From NCBI RefSeq assembly GCF_033153115.1, contig NW_026889783.1, positions 806,001 to 870,000 of the forward strand: a DNA stretch of 64,000 bases, given 5' to 3'. How positions within the stretch are numbered: the stretch's first letter is position 1; the number at the start of each line of letters is the position of its first letter. This document shows, piece by piece, positions 24,101 through 35,186 of this stretch. The notes under the pieces are model-generated. The model saw nothing but the letters and a program-made list of their open reading frames with translations. It did no database searches and had not been told where the DNA came from. This DNA is from Saccostrea echinata (taxonomy: Eukaryota). Position numbers and translations under genes: made by a program.

Positions 24101-26769
24101 GTCATATTTGATTTCATTTGATCAAACTTAAATCCTTATTATCTGAGGTTGCAGTGCTATGTACCTTTATGTTAAGTTTGATTGAGTCGAAAACATTTTT
24201 TTAATTTGTCAAGTTTATACAGATATATGTAATTACCAAAATTCAAGCAGAAAAGCTCATCAGCTTAGGTCACTGAGATGACAATTAAATTCTTTATAAA
24301 AAAAACAAGCATTCTGAGAGTATTGCATTAGCAATACTAGTCCCCTACCGGCAAGTGTAATCTGCTTCCCGCTAGAAATTGAAAATGCCATAATTCCGTC
24401 AAAAATAAATGAAACGGAACAAAATGCAAACTTGATCTGTAACTCATCAAGGTTAAGTCAAATGCCAAAAATCAGCTCATTATCTGCAAGAGTTTAGAAA
24501 AAAATTGCGGAAAACCCTGAAAAATTGAAAAGGTCGTAATTCCGTCAAAACTCATTGAAGCGGAACGAAATGCAAACTTGATCTGTAAGTTAACTCATCA
24601 AGATACACTCACATACCAAAAATCAGCTCAATATCTGCAAGCGTTTAGAAAAAAGTGTGGAAAACCAAGTGGGACAGACTGACAGACAGACAGAGGGACA
24701 GATAGACAGACAGATGGACAGACTCAGAGGAAACCTATAGTCCCCCCCCCCGGTTTCATTGGTAGGGGACTAATAAAGATTATGGTAAAGAAAGTTGTTT
24801 ATTAAGTGTGAAAGAGATCTCAGCAGTAACACCAAAATTGTTCAACAAACACATTACACTAAGCTGATTCAGAGAGTAACTTCTTAGAAATTTTTCTATT
24901 TACCAAAACTGGTTGCCCCTGCATCAATGCTGTTTTCCACCAGCTCTTTGACTGCTGTGGCAAGAGTTAGAACAACCTGCCCTGAACAAATTCTGTGAAC
25001 TGACTTTTTGTCGATTGCTTTGATTTCTTTGGCAAGTGACACCTGTTCCTCCTCCCTGTAATCATTTACACTCATATCAAAATTTAACTTGCACAAAAAA
25101 AGCTTTATTTAATATTGCTTTAAAAAAAAAATCAATAGTATATAATTTGCATTTAATTAATATTACAATTCCTTACAGATTTTAAAATCCCTCCATATGG
25201 TGTATTCAAATATTATTAATCAAAACATATACAAAAAGAATTTGTGTACAATATGCAGAAATTTACCCCACCCACCCCAAAAATAAATAAACAAATAAGA
25301 TTGATTGGAAGCACTTGTCTATATGATTTTCAAATATAAATACAATGTGAAATGAATAGGGACGGCAATCGTATGATTTTTTATAATCATGCACATTTGC
25401 CAATGTCTTCCCTTATACGACAATACATTTATTAAACTGACATTCAATTTTCAATGACGTGAAATTGGTCAAGTGATCAGACTTTCTTGCATATGGAAAG
25501 CAAACCACACGAGACATATTTGAGGGTCTAGATTATGACATCACATGACGTTGTACCTGTATGTTTAGCTTTGACATCAAAGCTTACTCCACTGTGATAC
25601 GATATCCGGTGAAGCATGAAGCAGTTCGAGTACTTATGAACCAAGGCTATTGTATGTTATGTTGCATATCCATAACAGTATAAATTGTGCATTTTTTTCT
25701 TTGTATCACAAATAAAATTAAAAATATAAGAAATAAAATATCATTTGTTAGAGTTTCATTGGGATATGACATGAAGTTGGTACATGGTCAAATCTAAATG
25801 ATATCTTTTTTCCTAAGTAATCTGTTAGTCGCACATTTTTCCATACGAGATAAAACTGTTTCAATTGTAGTTTTAATAATCTCATATATTCATCCACGGG
25901 TATGTGTAAAAATAAAATGCAAAACTACTTTAATTAGAATTATTTATCTTTCAACCAAAGTTTAAAAAAAAGTACATATATCAACGTATATGCGTCCCTG
26001 ATATGATATCGCCTTGATCAGCTTTTGGCGCACTTATTTGAGAAAGTACATTGTACTTTAGAAATAAAATCATAAACAATAATATGAAAAAAAAATATAC
26101 GTTAATATTGATATTCTCATTGGCCTTACATAATCCATCTAAAGGAAAGTTCATCAAGCTGGTCAAATTAACTGAAGCATTTATAAGTTAAAGTTTTTCT
26201 AACTTTGATTGTTTGTGTGGAAAGTGAAACTAGAGGTTTTAATCAGTTTGTACTTCTTGATATTCGGGTGTTGCTAAAATATCTTGAGCCACACTGTGTC
26301 TTGGGGCATTTAACCTGGTTTGCATACACGTTAACGATTTTATGATTAAAATAAAACCCTGCTCACTAAAATTAGGACAAGGAAAATTTCCTCTTGATAA
26401 AATCTGACATCATAAGCTCTATTAGGACCTGATTTTCATTTTCTGATTTTAAATTTAATCTACTTTTCTGATATTAGATTGATTGATTAATTGTATGTTG
26501 TTTAACGTCCCTTTCGGGAATTTTTTCACTCATACAGAGACGTTCAGATATTCTGCTGCATTAAAAAAAAAAAAAGTATCAAAAAATAATTTTTGAGTTT
26601 AAGGATATCCGATCCTCAGCCAGGAAAGATAACTCTTAAAGTTATTATTTTATTTAAAAAGTCTCAAAATGAAGCTTGAAATTGAGATCTTTTCGCGCAA
26701 CAGTTTTCATTTTATTCAATATGATTCAAGGTCACAGGCAAACGCAGGGATTAGCACATACCATTCCAT
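60..26769 (-). CDS. PMS2: Mismatch repair endonuclease PMS2 (multi-exon gene; final exon lies beyond position 1)
   Basis: Spliced translation gives the GHKL ATPase N-terminus ([47 protein letters not shown]), the transducer region ([10 protein letters not shown]), and the endonuclease motifs [12 protein letters not shown] and [16 protein letters not shown] junctions are phase-compatible at all introns except the one near 10190-10260. Confidence 0.97.
515..552 (-). CDS. PMS2: PMS2 exon 23
   Basis: [13 protein letters not shown]. Confidence 0.93.
880..2421 (-). mobile_element. Non-autonomous Helentron-like element (HINE) with an internal array of ~146-147-bp repeats
   Basis: Sub-terminal inverted AGCTCACCTCGACGAA (near 898 and 2402-2418), an adjacent stem-loop and GACGCC microsatellite, and about 9 tandem core units. 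Confidence 0.8.
3774..3842 (-). CDS. PMS2: PMS2 exon 22
   Basis: [23 protein letters not shown]. Confidence 0.95.
4338..4438 (-). CDS. PMS2: PMS2 exon 21
   Basis: [32 protein letters not shown]. Confidence 0.95.
4555..9334. repeat. 55/53-bp minisatellite (~87 copies) made of the PMS2 exon-20 3' end plus splice donor
   Basis: Period is 55 (units at 5051, 5106, 5161). The minus-strand unit is GTAAGTACACAATACAYCAG + AGRCACACTGTTATACAG(AG)TCAGAAGCTTATACA, and the last copy is the real exon end. Confidence 0.97.
9298..9428 (-). CDS. PMS2: PMS2 exon 20 (endonuclease motif)
   Basis: [43 protein letters not shown]. Confidence 0.97.
9564..9600 (-). CDS. PMS2: PMS2 exon 19
   Basis: [12 protein letters not shown]. 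Confidence 0.92.
9911..10010 (-). CDS. PMS2: PMS2 exon 18
   Basis: [24 protein letters not shown]. Confidence 0.93.
10108..10192 (-). CDS. PMS2: PMS2 exon 17 (5' boundary uncertain)
   Basis: [28 protein letters not shown] then |gtaagt; in phase with the next exon. Confidence 0.7.
10257..11138 (-). CDS. PMS2: PMS2 large Ser/Asn-rich linker exon 16 (3' boundary uncertain)
   Basis: The acceptor at 11139-11140 reads in frame into ORF 10222..11100 ([18 protein letters not shown]...). The donor position is ambiguous. Confidence 0.75.
11313..11421 (-). CDS. PMS2: PMS2 exon 15 (linker)
   Basis: [36 protein letters not shown]; phase matches both neighbours. Confidence 0.75.
11713..11879. mobile_element. 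Palindromic MITE-like element
   Basis: TAAGGAATAACT...AGTTATTCCTTA; arms pair imperfectly along the whole length around GCCTTCGGC. Confidence 0.65.
12544..12568 (-). CDS. PMS2: PMS2 25-nt micro-exon 14
   Basis: ttttccag|...CAG|gtaact; NQCSGTKNQ; restores phase 0. Confidence 0.7.
12716..12740 (-). CDS. PMS2: PMS2 25-nt micro-exon 13
   Basis: ttttcag|...|gtaagt; DCEREGTD; needed to keep frame. Confidence 0.7.
13045..13150 (-). CDS. PMS2: PMS2 exon 12
   Basis: [35 protein letters not shown]; |gtgagt. Confidence 0.85.
13658..13737 (-). CDS. PMS2: PMS2 exon 11
   Basis: [26 protein letters not shown]. Confidence 0.95.
14096..14270. mobile_element. Tc1/mariner-type MITE
   Basis: TA-CAGTCAAAC...GTTCAACTG-TA termini. 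Confidence 0.55.
14331..14415 (-). CDS. PMS2: PMS2 exon 10
   Basis: [28 protein letters not shown]. Confidence 0.95.
15415..15514 (-). CDS. PMS2: PMS2 exon 9
   Basis: [33 protein letters not shown]. Confidence 0.93.
15786..15883 (-). CDS. PMS2: PMS2 exon 8
   Basis: [32 protein letters not shown]. Confidence 0.9.
16186..16298. repeat. 29-bp tandem repeat, 4 copies
   Basis: CAGGTGTGAATATYTAATTAATATCTGTA repeated beside the exon-7 donor. Confidence 0.85.
16308..16386 (-). CDS. PMS2: PMS2 exon 7
   Basis: [26 protein letters not shown]. Confidence 0.92.
16704..16873 (-). CDS. PMS2: PMS2 exon 6
   Basis: [53 protein letters not shown]. Confidence 0.95.
17030..17356. repeat. 30-bp minisatellite, left part (~11 copies)
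   Basis: ACACTCCCTCATGTACTGTGTCATTAYATT, period 30. Confidence 0.95.
17357..21893 (-). mobile_element. hAT DNA transposon (hAT5-like, 5-bp TSD), ~4.5 kb
   Basis: TIRs CAGGGTTCAACACTC / CAGGGTTCGACATTC (15 bp, 2 mismatches); CACTA duplicated on both flanks; internal spliced transposase. Confidence 0.92.
17483..21637 (-). pseudogene. Spliced ZNF862-like hAT transposase with a premature stop
   Basis: N-terminal zinc finger ([19 protein letters not shown]), CDGSTD, SDGAAVM, HCLAHR, GTRW, and the dimerisation region [15 protein letters not shown], spread over about 10 exons. In-frame TAA at 20082-20084 and a probable frameshift near the 5' end. Confidence 0.88.
21894..22960. repeat. 30-bp minisatellite, right part (~22 good copies, then degenerate copies)
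   Basis: Same unit as 17030-17356; decays beyond about 22570. Confidence 0.95.
23320..23422 (-). CDS. PMS2: PMS2 exon 5
   Basis: [34 protein letters not shown]; phase-0 donor. Confidence 0.93.
23573..23675 (-). CDS. PMS2: PMS2 exon 4
   Basis: [33 protein letters not shown]. Confidence 0.95.
23766..23852 (-). CDS. PMS2: PMS2 exon 3
   Basis: [29 protein letters not shown]; AG/GT boundaries. Confidence 0.95.
24320..24775 (-). mobile_element. HINE-like non-autonomous element
   Basis: Inverted TAGTCCCCTACC sub-termini, GACA microsatellite, two internal repeat units. Confidence 0.65.
24904..25055 (-). CDS. PMS2: PMS2 exon 2
   Basis: [50 protein letters not shown]; tacag| and |gtaaat. Confidence 0.92.
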
Positions 26770-27514
26770 GGTTGAGTTCGACTTTTGCACTCGGCGAGCA
26801 GCGTTTTGACACTGTTTACGGAGATAAAAGAAAATAAAGACAAGCATGTCATATATGGTTGTGTATAGATAAATTATAGTAGAAGATATGGGTATAAACG
26901 GTTTGCCAGTGCATTTCCTCTGAAAGTGTAAATGAGTGCGAATCTGGGGGAGGGGGTACTCCGTGTAATTTGGAGTTGGATACCTTGTGTTATTATTATA
27001 CTATGGGTCAAAAATTTATTACTGAAACAAGTGCCTGTGTTCAAGGTTCTTTGAAGTCTTAGAAACGGTCTTGTAAAAAGTTGACATTTGTACCCCATGA
27101 AAGAAAAAAAATGAATTCATTTATAGAGAAATCGAATTTACTTTAGTCTACCATTAGATTCCAGTGCTTATTAGCATGGTATGAAATTTGACGTAATATG
27201 TGATGTCTAGCAATGATAGCACAAGCTTTTTGCACTATGTATTACATAACAATTGAAGTAAAGAGAAGAACTAAAATATTGTATCAGCATAAAAAAGATG
27301 GAATTTTCTCCAAATGCCATGATACCTATATAGCTGGTGTTTTTATTCGCATTTCCTGAAAATATATTTGAGATTTGATAATTTTCTCTATAATATGATT
27401 AACTATAATGATTAACTTTGAAGAATTCACGTTACTATGTGAAATCAGAGACATTCTTGTGAGCATTTTCAATTACTTAAAAGCTGATTTTCAGAACCTG
27501 AGGATCGGACTACC
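26603..27514. mobile_element. TTAA-flanked TIR element (Kolobok-like MITE)
   Basis: TTAA-GGATATCCGATCCTCAG ... CTGAGGATCGGACTACC-TTAA. Confidence 0.6.
26762..26769 (-). CDS. PMS2: PMS2 candidate coding exon 1 (ATG GAA TG|gtatgt)
   Basis: accATGG context and a phase-2 donor that joins the 25055 acceptor in frame ([12 protein letters not shown]). The alternative start is the ATG at 25075. Confidence 0.5.
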
Positions 27515-28724
27515 TTAAACGCAATACTTCTGCATTTAAACACAATAATCTTTGTGTTTAAAGGCAATCATTTGTATCAAAATTTGCAGAGTACAATGGA
27601 CCTCCGCATACTGATATCTTTTGATTCTTTCTCCTTTTTACTTATTATGAAATTTTGTATTGTCTAGCTCAGAGAATCAGATTCCTCCAAAAATGTTCTC
27701 TGAAAGGATAAGAAAAAAATGTCGGTTTGTAAAAACAAAGGCAACCTAAGAACGAGACCATGTCTTTAATATTAGATCACTATGTACTTAATGAAGTCTT
27801 GGTCAGTTGCTTACAATCACAAATCACATTTTCTGTTTTGTTATTTTTTTTCTACTTTGAAACAATTTCTGCAAACAATTAGAATGGATCTTCTAAATAA
27901 AAGACTAAAGAAGAAAAAATGGTTTTAAAAAACTATCCCCCACGTTTCGATCACAAAGTTTATAAAGGGGTTTAGGAAACGACTGATGAAATGTTGGAAT
28001 TACGTACAACATGATGAAGTATTTAGACTGAAATGTATATTCACAATCCTTCCTATGGTTGCATACATTAAACACGAGAACATAGGTGATGGAATCATAC
28101 GAGATCAAAATTAAAATCAAATGAAAACAGATTGATCGATGTGTACTACCAAATTGACAAGTTTTTATTAATACCACTAAAACGTTCTTAATTAGTTGTG
28201 ATACGTAAGCAGTTGATCAAAGGCTTCATTTCTAATACGTTAAAGACATTCTGGTTGTTAGGATGCCACTGTTTTACTACAATGCTAAAAAATCTGGAAT
28301 ATTTTGCAAAAAACAGAGAACCAAACGGTTTTTCTTTAAAGTGTCGGATCCTAGTAATTATAAGCTTTGGCTAATTGATGTCTGACTTTTGAACTACAGT
28401 ATCATTGTGTTCAAATGCCAAACGAATCCATAATAAAAAGGATTATTATTTCACGCAAATATTATTATGTTTAATCGCAAAAGTATTGCGTTCAATAGCA
28501 AAATTATTGCGATTAAACGCAAAATATTGCGTTTAATCGCAATCTTTTGGGATTAAACGCAAAGTGTTTTGCGATTTAGCGCAATTTTTTGCATTTAAAC
28601 GCAATGATTATTGCGTTTAAACGCAATAAAATATATTTCTATCTCTGAACTGGCCTCAACGGGCTTATACGGTAGTTTAAACTTTAATTAATTTTGGTTA
28701 TAAATAATTACCGTATGCTATGGG

Positions 28725-29208
28725 CTACATTGTTGGTATCCAAAGAAAGATCTTGTCACAAGGATTAATATGTGAAGTATGAAAGCCCTAGCACCAAGCA
28801 TTCAAAAGTTATGACCAAGGTTAAACTTTTCAAAAGTAGGTCAAACTCCTAGGTCAAGACCAAAGGGTCAAAGTTGTTGGTATACAAAGGAAGGTCTTGT
28901 CACAAGAATTACACTTGTGAAGTATGAAAGCACTAGCACCAACTGTTCAAAAGTTATGGCCAAGGTTAATATTGGGTAAAATTTTGGAAAACTGGGTCAA
29001 ACTCCAAGGTCAAATGTGATGGTACCCAAAGAAAAGTCTTTTCACAAGAAATACACATGTGAAATATGAAATCCATAGCTCTAGGCATTCAAAAGTTATG
29101 GGCAAGGTTAAAGTTTTTGCTGACAAACAGATAGCTAGACAGAAAGACAGACAGACGGACAGAACAAAAACTATATGCCCCCGAATCTTCGACTACCGGG
29201 GCATTAAA
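28725..29208 (-). mobile_element. HINE-like element with ~150-bp core repeats
   Basis: Three GGTCAAACTCCAAGGTCAA-type units, a GACA microsatellite and a terminal stem-loop GCCCCCG...CGGGGC. Confidence 0.7.
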
Positions 29209-30169
29209 AAAATATTTCCTGACTTCAGAAAATAAAATGGGTTTCTGGTATCATTAATTCGATTATCATTAATTTTTGACATCAAATATTATTTATGTTC
29301 CGATTTTAAGAAATGGAACTTGTGATACCAGGAATTATTTTCTCGATACCAAAAATACTTCAAAACAGACAAATTTGAATTTTTCAGTATTCAGGCACGT
29401 AGTATCAGGGGCGGGGCTGTCCCCCTTTTTCTAAACATAACATTTTACTGTTGAAAATGTTCTTTGAAAGGCAGGAATTCCCCCTTTTTGTTGCGGTATA
29501 GTTAAACATGCATATGGTAATGTGCATGGTAATGTATTAATTAATAACATTTGGTTATGAAAAAAGTTGGAACCCGTAACCCCCCCCCCCCCCCCCCGAA
29601 ATAGGACTTTGGACAATTTACGTCATTTTGAATTTTGCTGAAATAACAAAAGCCATGCATTGAAACAAAGCACACTAGATGCGTACTTTTTTCTGGCTTG
29701 CCTCCGATTTTCAAAAACGATACTACGTACCTTGTATATACAGTAAGATGCGTGCTCTATAACTAATTCTGAGAGTATTTTTGTACAAAGTCTTGGTCTT
29801 TTTTTAAAAATGCTTTTCTAGAAAAAAAGGAAAGAAATCATACGGTAGTTTAAACTTTAATTAATTTTGGTTATAAATGATTACCGTATGCTATAACTTC
29901 GTAAATCACAGAAATAAATCATTTTAGTTTTTTGAGATTTCTGAATACGGTAGAAATTTTAAACTCATGTTTTACAGCCTGTATTTCTTTTTCCCCTTTC
30001 AGACAAAAAGTACATGACACAGTGAAGAAAATACTACTAAAATGTTATATTTGCAAAAAAGCTTTTACAGTGAACAAGAAAAGACAAATGGGATGACGGC
30101 CGTCTCCTAGACTACAAATAGACACTCTCGAGAAAACAGCTGTAATGGCTTGATCGAGCCGTGGATATC

Positions 30170-30243
30170 GGCCTAGGTAGCTCAGTAGGTAGAGCACCTG
30201 ACTAGAGATGCATGGGTCCCGGGTTCGATTACCGGTCCAGTCA
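30170..30243 (+). mobile_element. tRNA-derived SINE head / tRNA-like pseudogene
   Basis: A box TAGCTCAGTAGG and B box GGTTCGATTACC; the anticodon and acceptor stems do not close properly. Confidence 0.65.
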
Positions 30244-30539
30244 AACATTTTCTCCTTTCCTGTTACACAGTCATACCTCAATGTCGAATAAGCTTACGCA
30301 GTTCGTTCTTTCCATCAGTAAGTTCATTGTAGAATGCCTTAACTGCTGAATTTAAATCTTGATGTTTTCCTGTATATCACGTAAACTTGTTAAAATAAAC
30401 TACTTTAATTTTATCTAAATCATGGACCAGGGCTAGGATGACACCACCATAAAGAATCAAAAGTTAATGTGCGAATTTTAATATATAGGGAAATCTTTTA
30501 AAATATTTTCAAGAATTTTAACAGCAGGTTATGAATATA

Positions 30540-33500
30540 GTATTGATGTAATTACTGCTTATACGGCCTTTGCCGAGCCCATCAATCACCGTGTGTTTCA
30601 ACTCCTAGCTCGGTACACTCCCAGGAAGGGGTGAGAGTCAACAGAGGCAATCTATCACTGCACATCGATGGTGGGTTTCCAGCGTCTTCCTTCATTCATA
30701 TCCTGCGGGATACCTGTCCCATGTTCTGTACTGCAGCTCTTCTGCATCGGTCATCACCACTATTGCTTCTTGCCTAATTTACCTCTAGCTGCAAATCTCT
30801 GTTCTTGCCTGATCTACCTTTAGCTACAAATCTCTGGTCTTGCCTAATCTACCTCTAGCTGCAAATCTCTGTTCTTGCCTGATCTACCTCTAGCTGCAAA
30901 TCTCTGTTCTTGCTTAATCTACCTCTAGCTGCAAATCTCTGGTCTTGTCTAATCTACCTCTAGCTGCAAATCTCTGTTCTTGCCTGATCTACCTCTGGCT
31001 GCAAATCTCTGTTCTTGCCTGATCTACCTCTGGCTGCAAATCTCTGTTCTTGCCTGATCTACCTCTGGCTGCAAATCTCTGTTCTTGTCTAATCTACCTC
31101 TGGCTGCAAATCTCTGTTCTTGCCTGATCTACCTCTAGCTGCAAATCTCTGTTCTTGCCTGATCTACCTCTGGCTGCAAATCTCTGTTCTTGTCTAATCT
31201 ACCTCTAGCTGCAAATCTCTGTTCTTGCCTGATCTACCTCTGGCTATAAATCTCTGGTCTTGCGTGATCTACCTCTAGCTGCAAATCTCTGTCCTCTGGC
31301 TGCAAATCTCTGTTCTTGCCTGATCTACCTCTAGCTGCAAATCTCTGTTCTTGTCTAATCTACCTCTAGCTGCAAATCTCTGTTCTTGCCTGATCTACCT
31401 CTGGCTGCAAATCTCTGTTCTTGCCTGATCTACCTCTGGCTGCAAATCTCTGTTCTTGCGTAATCTACTTCTAGCTGCAAATCTCTGTTCTTGCCTGATC
31501 TACCTCTAGCAAACCTATGTTCTTGCGTTACCTACCTCTAGCTGCAAATATCTGTTCTTGCGTAATCTACTTCTAGCTGCAAATCTCTGTTCTTGACTAA
31601 TCTACCTCTAGGTGTCAGTCTCTATCTTGGTTTAATATTCATGTCGTCTTTGTTTTCTTTTCTCACTTGATTTCCATCCTTCACAAACTGGATTCATATA
31701 TTGATAAATTTTGTTTCTTAAATTTCGTCCCCCCTTCCTCTTTCTTTCCATTACTTCTGCTAATTCATAGAGACTGACTGTGTTGCCATTTATATAAATC
31801 TTCACTATGTTATACTGTATCTTGGTGGAATGTGTTGAAGCGTTCCCCAGTTTTGTACAAGGGACAATTTGAAGTGTCTGACAGGTTCCACTTGTGCAGA
31901 TTTGAAGGTGTTGGTAGCACACCATAAACTGATCTTCAAAGGGATGATAGTTTGAAGTGTAAATATTAAGGGATCGTTGCTCCTATTCCCATCTTAACCA
32001 CGCATCTTGACTCCTTAACTCAACTTTCTTTGCTTGTCTGTTTCTTCTCTACTTGTTTTATGTATCTTAGTGTAATCTACTAGTGTAACAAGTTACTTAG
32101 TACATGTATATTGAAATCGGACTAAAACTGTAGGAAGAGTAATAATACCAGGCTTCGTTTCTATTGAATGTCAGCATTTTTCATAGCAGCTTTTCTATGT
32201 TGCAAGACGTTGTCTTTTATTACCTCGGTTTCAACTATGCTTTGATGCCTTAGTCTTGTCTTTGCTATTGTAGTTGATCTGGAGGCTGGCCACTTTTGTC
32301 CTGATTATCTACTTCTGCTTTAGGATCATCCAAAGCCATTACTAGACATGTTTTGCCCACTTTTAATTTTTCAACTATGGATGTTAACGGTATTTATGTT
32401 CAAGCATTTTGACGCTCTTGTTATACAGCTTTACGTGATGGAACATACAACCATTTTCTGATATGTTTATTAATTTTTTTCTTTCCAGCTTTTTGGACAC
32501 AGGTCCTCTGACGTGAGGATGTGCTATTCTTGGCAGGAATCTATATTGGTATAACCTGTCTTGTGGATGTTCCTCATTCCCTCTGACATCTGATTTTCCA
32601 TCTTCCTGATATTTGTCTTTTCATCTGATAATTCATCGAACCGCCTTCCTTAGCAGTTGGTGGGATTTGTCAATTATGGATGGAATGACTTCCTCTTGCA
32701 TCTTCAGATGAAGTTGATGTGTGATCTCCTTATTATCAGTGATTTTGATTTTTTCTCTATGGCATAAAAGTCATTCTTGCTCATGAAATCATCTCTTCAA
32801 TGACATTTGATATCCATCGGGCCTGAACATGGTTATTTGTAGTGATGTTTAGATCATCCATGAATCCTCTATTCGGTGGTTTCCTGGTGTAAACTGATGG
32901 CTTTGGATCTCTAATTTCTCTCTCTTCGGATCTCATTTGCTTGTCCATTTCAACAGAAAACAAAAATAACCCAGATAGCACATCCATTAACCATTCTCTT
33001 TTGTACTTTCTGTCATGCTGATGTGAATACGCTTGTTGTAAACTGCAGCTTAATCCTACTGAAACAACTTATAATTCTCTTAAAGTGCTCTGGAATATGG
33101 TTGTGTACAAGCGAATCCTGTATTAACATGTGTGGAAAATACATGTATGCGTTGGTCAAATCTAACCATACCCAACTACTACTGTTAAGTCTTTTTGTTC
33201 TCGTTGACTTCGATCAGCTGAGAAATAACGCTTGTGTGTTCAATGCATCCTAGAAATCCTGCAACTTCGCCCTTTTGTACAGACATATCTACAAGTAAAT
33301 CACGATTATAACACAATGCCAGGGACAGACGATTTTGCTTCATTATATATCCGTTAAGTTTACGATATATTATGAAGCCACGGGGAATAAAAATCACTTA
33401 GCTGTAAGAGTCACTTCATTATAAGCGTGTTTTACTGTACGTGGTTTTTGTCAGTCACCTTCTAGCCAGCCACAATCTTACCTTTCTATGTTTAAAATAG

Positions 33501-34560
33501 GACAATGTTCGATTTTCCTTCCCTTTACTTGAATGAAGTGTAATCTTCTGTGTACATCTGCTTTCTGACAACATGATGGTATATTCCCCTATCTCCATAC
33601 TACACATGTACTTTAATAAACTCCATTTGGGCACTTTTATAAACTTTGTATAGAATTCCATTTGGTCCGATGCAGTTGCAGATCTAGCTGTCTTCACTCT
33701 ATCGATTTCTTTCCTTTTTCCATGGTAGTTCCTGAATACTGGTTTTAGCACGACTCTATCCTTCACAGTTTCCTATAGATATCCCTTTTTCCTCCCGTCA
33801 TTGTCTATCTCTGTCAGATGTTTTTCTACTTTATCTTTTGTGTTTTATTCTAAACCCACCTTCGTCCATTGCTTCTCGTAAACTGGTTGGAAACAAAAAA
33901 ATGTTCCCCTTTTCCCTCTCTCTTCTGGCCTTCTTAATTTGTCTGTCCTTTGTAGGTTGTTTCTCCTCCCCCTTAACTCCGTCCTCAAATGCTGTCCTTT
34001 CCGTATACATCATTGTGACAGTTATTTCCGCTCTCAGAGTCTGAATTTCTTGCTGACGTCTTTTAGGTGTACTGGAGGCTTCTCTCGCTTTCTTGTAGCT
34101 AACCCCGAACAGTTCTTGTAGAACTGTATACATATGTTTCACTGTTGACAATGATGAACTTTTTGTGGATGTCTGCAATAAGTGAGGTATCTAAAATCTT
34201 ATCAAGGTGTTTATGCAAGATCTCTTATAACTCTGGTATCTTTTGTTTTTGCCGTCTATTGAAGGCTCTGCAGCTGTACATTATTGCTTTTGCTTCTCCT
34301 CAGTGTAGATATGAGTGGCCTCATCAGGTAAGAGGTCCTCAGGACTGTGGTCTTCTCTCTGGCTGTGATCCTCAATCGGTCTCATCAATGATACCCATGG
34401 TCCTTTTGTCTGATGGTGAGAATGAGTCACAATGTCAATCTCATTTAAACTTAGACTTTTAGACATCCGGGTAACATAACATAGCAACGGTTGACAATGC
34501 AAACCGACGGATAACAGTATAAATTGTGAACTGCGCAGAATGTCTGCGAGTACGGTTCAC
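30540..34560 (-). mobile_element. Decayed non-LTR retrotransposon, RLE clade (HERO-like)
   Basis: Broken ORF pieces VQKGEVAGFLGCIEHTSVISQLI, DLTNAY, RGFMDDLNITTNNHVQARWI and LPTPSNLHKWNLSDTSNCPL, with many stops and frameshifts; ends approximate. Confidence 0.75.
30765..31612. repeat. 35-bp minisatellite (~24 copies)
   Basis: ACCTCTRGCTGCAAATCTCTGTTCTTGCCTGATCT at 30781, 30816, 30851 and onward. Confidence 0.95.
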
Positions 34561-34747
34561 TGTGGCTTTTTTCTTTTAAATACATTCTAAATACATTCAG
34601 TAAAACAAAAATATTACATGCTTATTTAGGGTAACATGTGAAATTGTAATCCATGAACACCATTGCTGACCTCGGCTTCGCCACGGTCAGTGATGGTTTT
34701 CACGGGCGGAATAACTATTTCACATGTAATACTAAAAACATGTAATA

Positions 34748-34754
<7 letters not shown>

Positions 34755-34838
<84 letters not shown>
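34755..34838. repeat. (TA)n microsatellite
   Basis: About 42 uninterrupted TA units. Confidence 0.98.
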
Positions 34839-34839
<1 letters not shown>

Positions 34840-34873
34840 CACTAAAAATGACCAACGACACGAACAATAATAA

Positions 34874-34914
34874 TTGTCAATTTTTGGGGACAACCTGTCC
34901 CTTCCTCAGGACAA
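34874..34914 (-). ncRNA. Mutated copy of the hammerhead ribozyme
   Basis: Inverted copy with the core GAAA changed to CAAA. Confidence 0.6.
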
Positions 34915-35186
34915 AGAAAAAAGTTAAGAAGTCAAAAAAGGAAATAGAGAAGCAAAAACAACTAGCACTACTACTAAACTACCAAACACTAAATATTTAC
35001 AATGTTACATGTTTAATTTGGAGTTTATAAACAGTTGTGAACAAAGAAATCCGGAGCGCTATGAATTGCGTCCGGTCTATCGGGTGTAGTCTGGTGAAGT
35101 GTGATTTACATAATTGAACGAATTAATTATCGCTAATTAATTACGGCCAACAGTAAATCGTACATTGTCTTATTCTCTCAAAATAG

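Noticed and set aside
30170-30243. Functional tRNA gene
   Set aside because: A and B boxes are present, but the anticodon and acceptor stems pair poorly; it is more likely a SINE head.
34848-35030. Duplicated small gene (MTNDTNNNNCQ..., also at 38718-39002)
   Set aside because: Both are chance translations of the two Penelope inverted terminal repeats.
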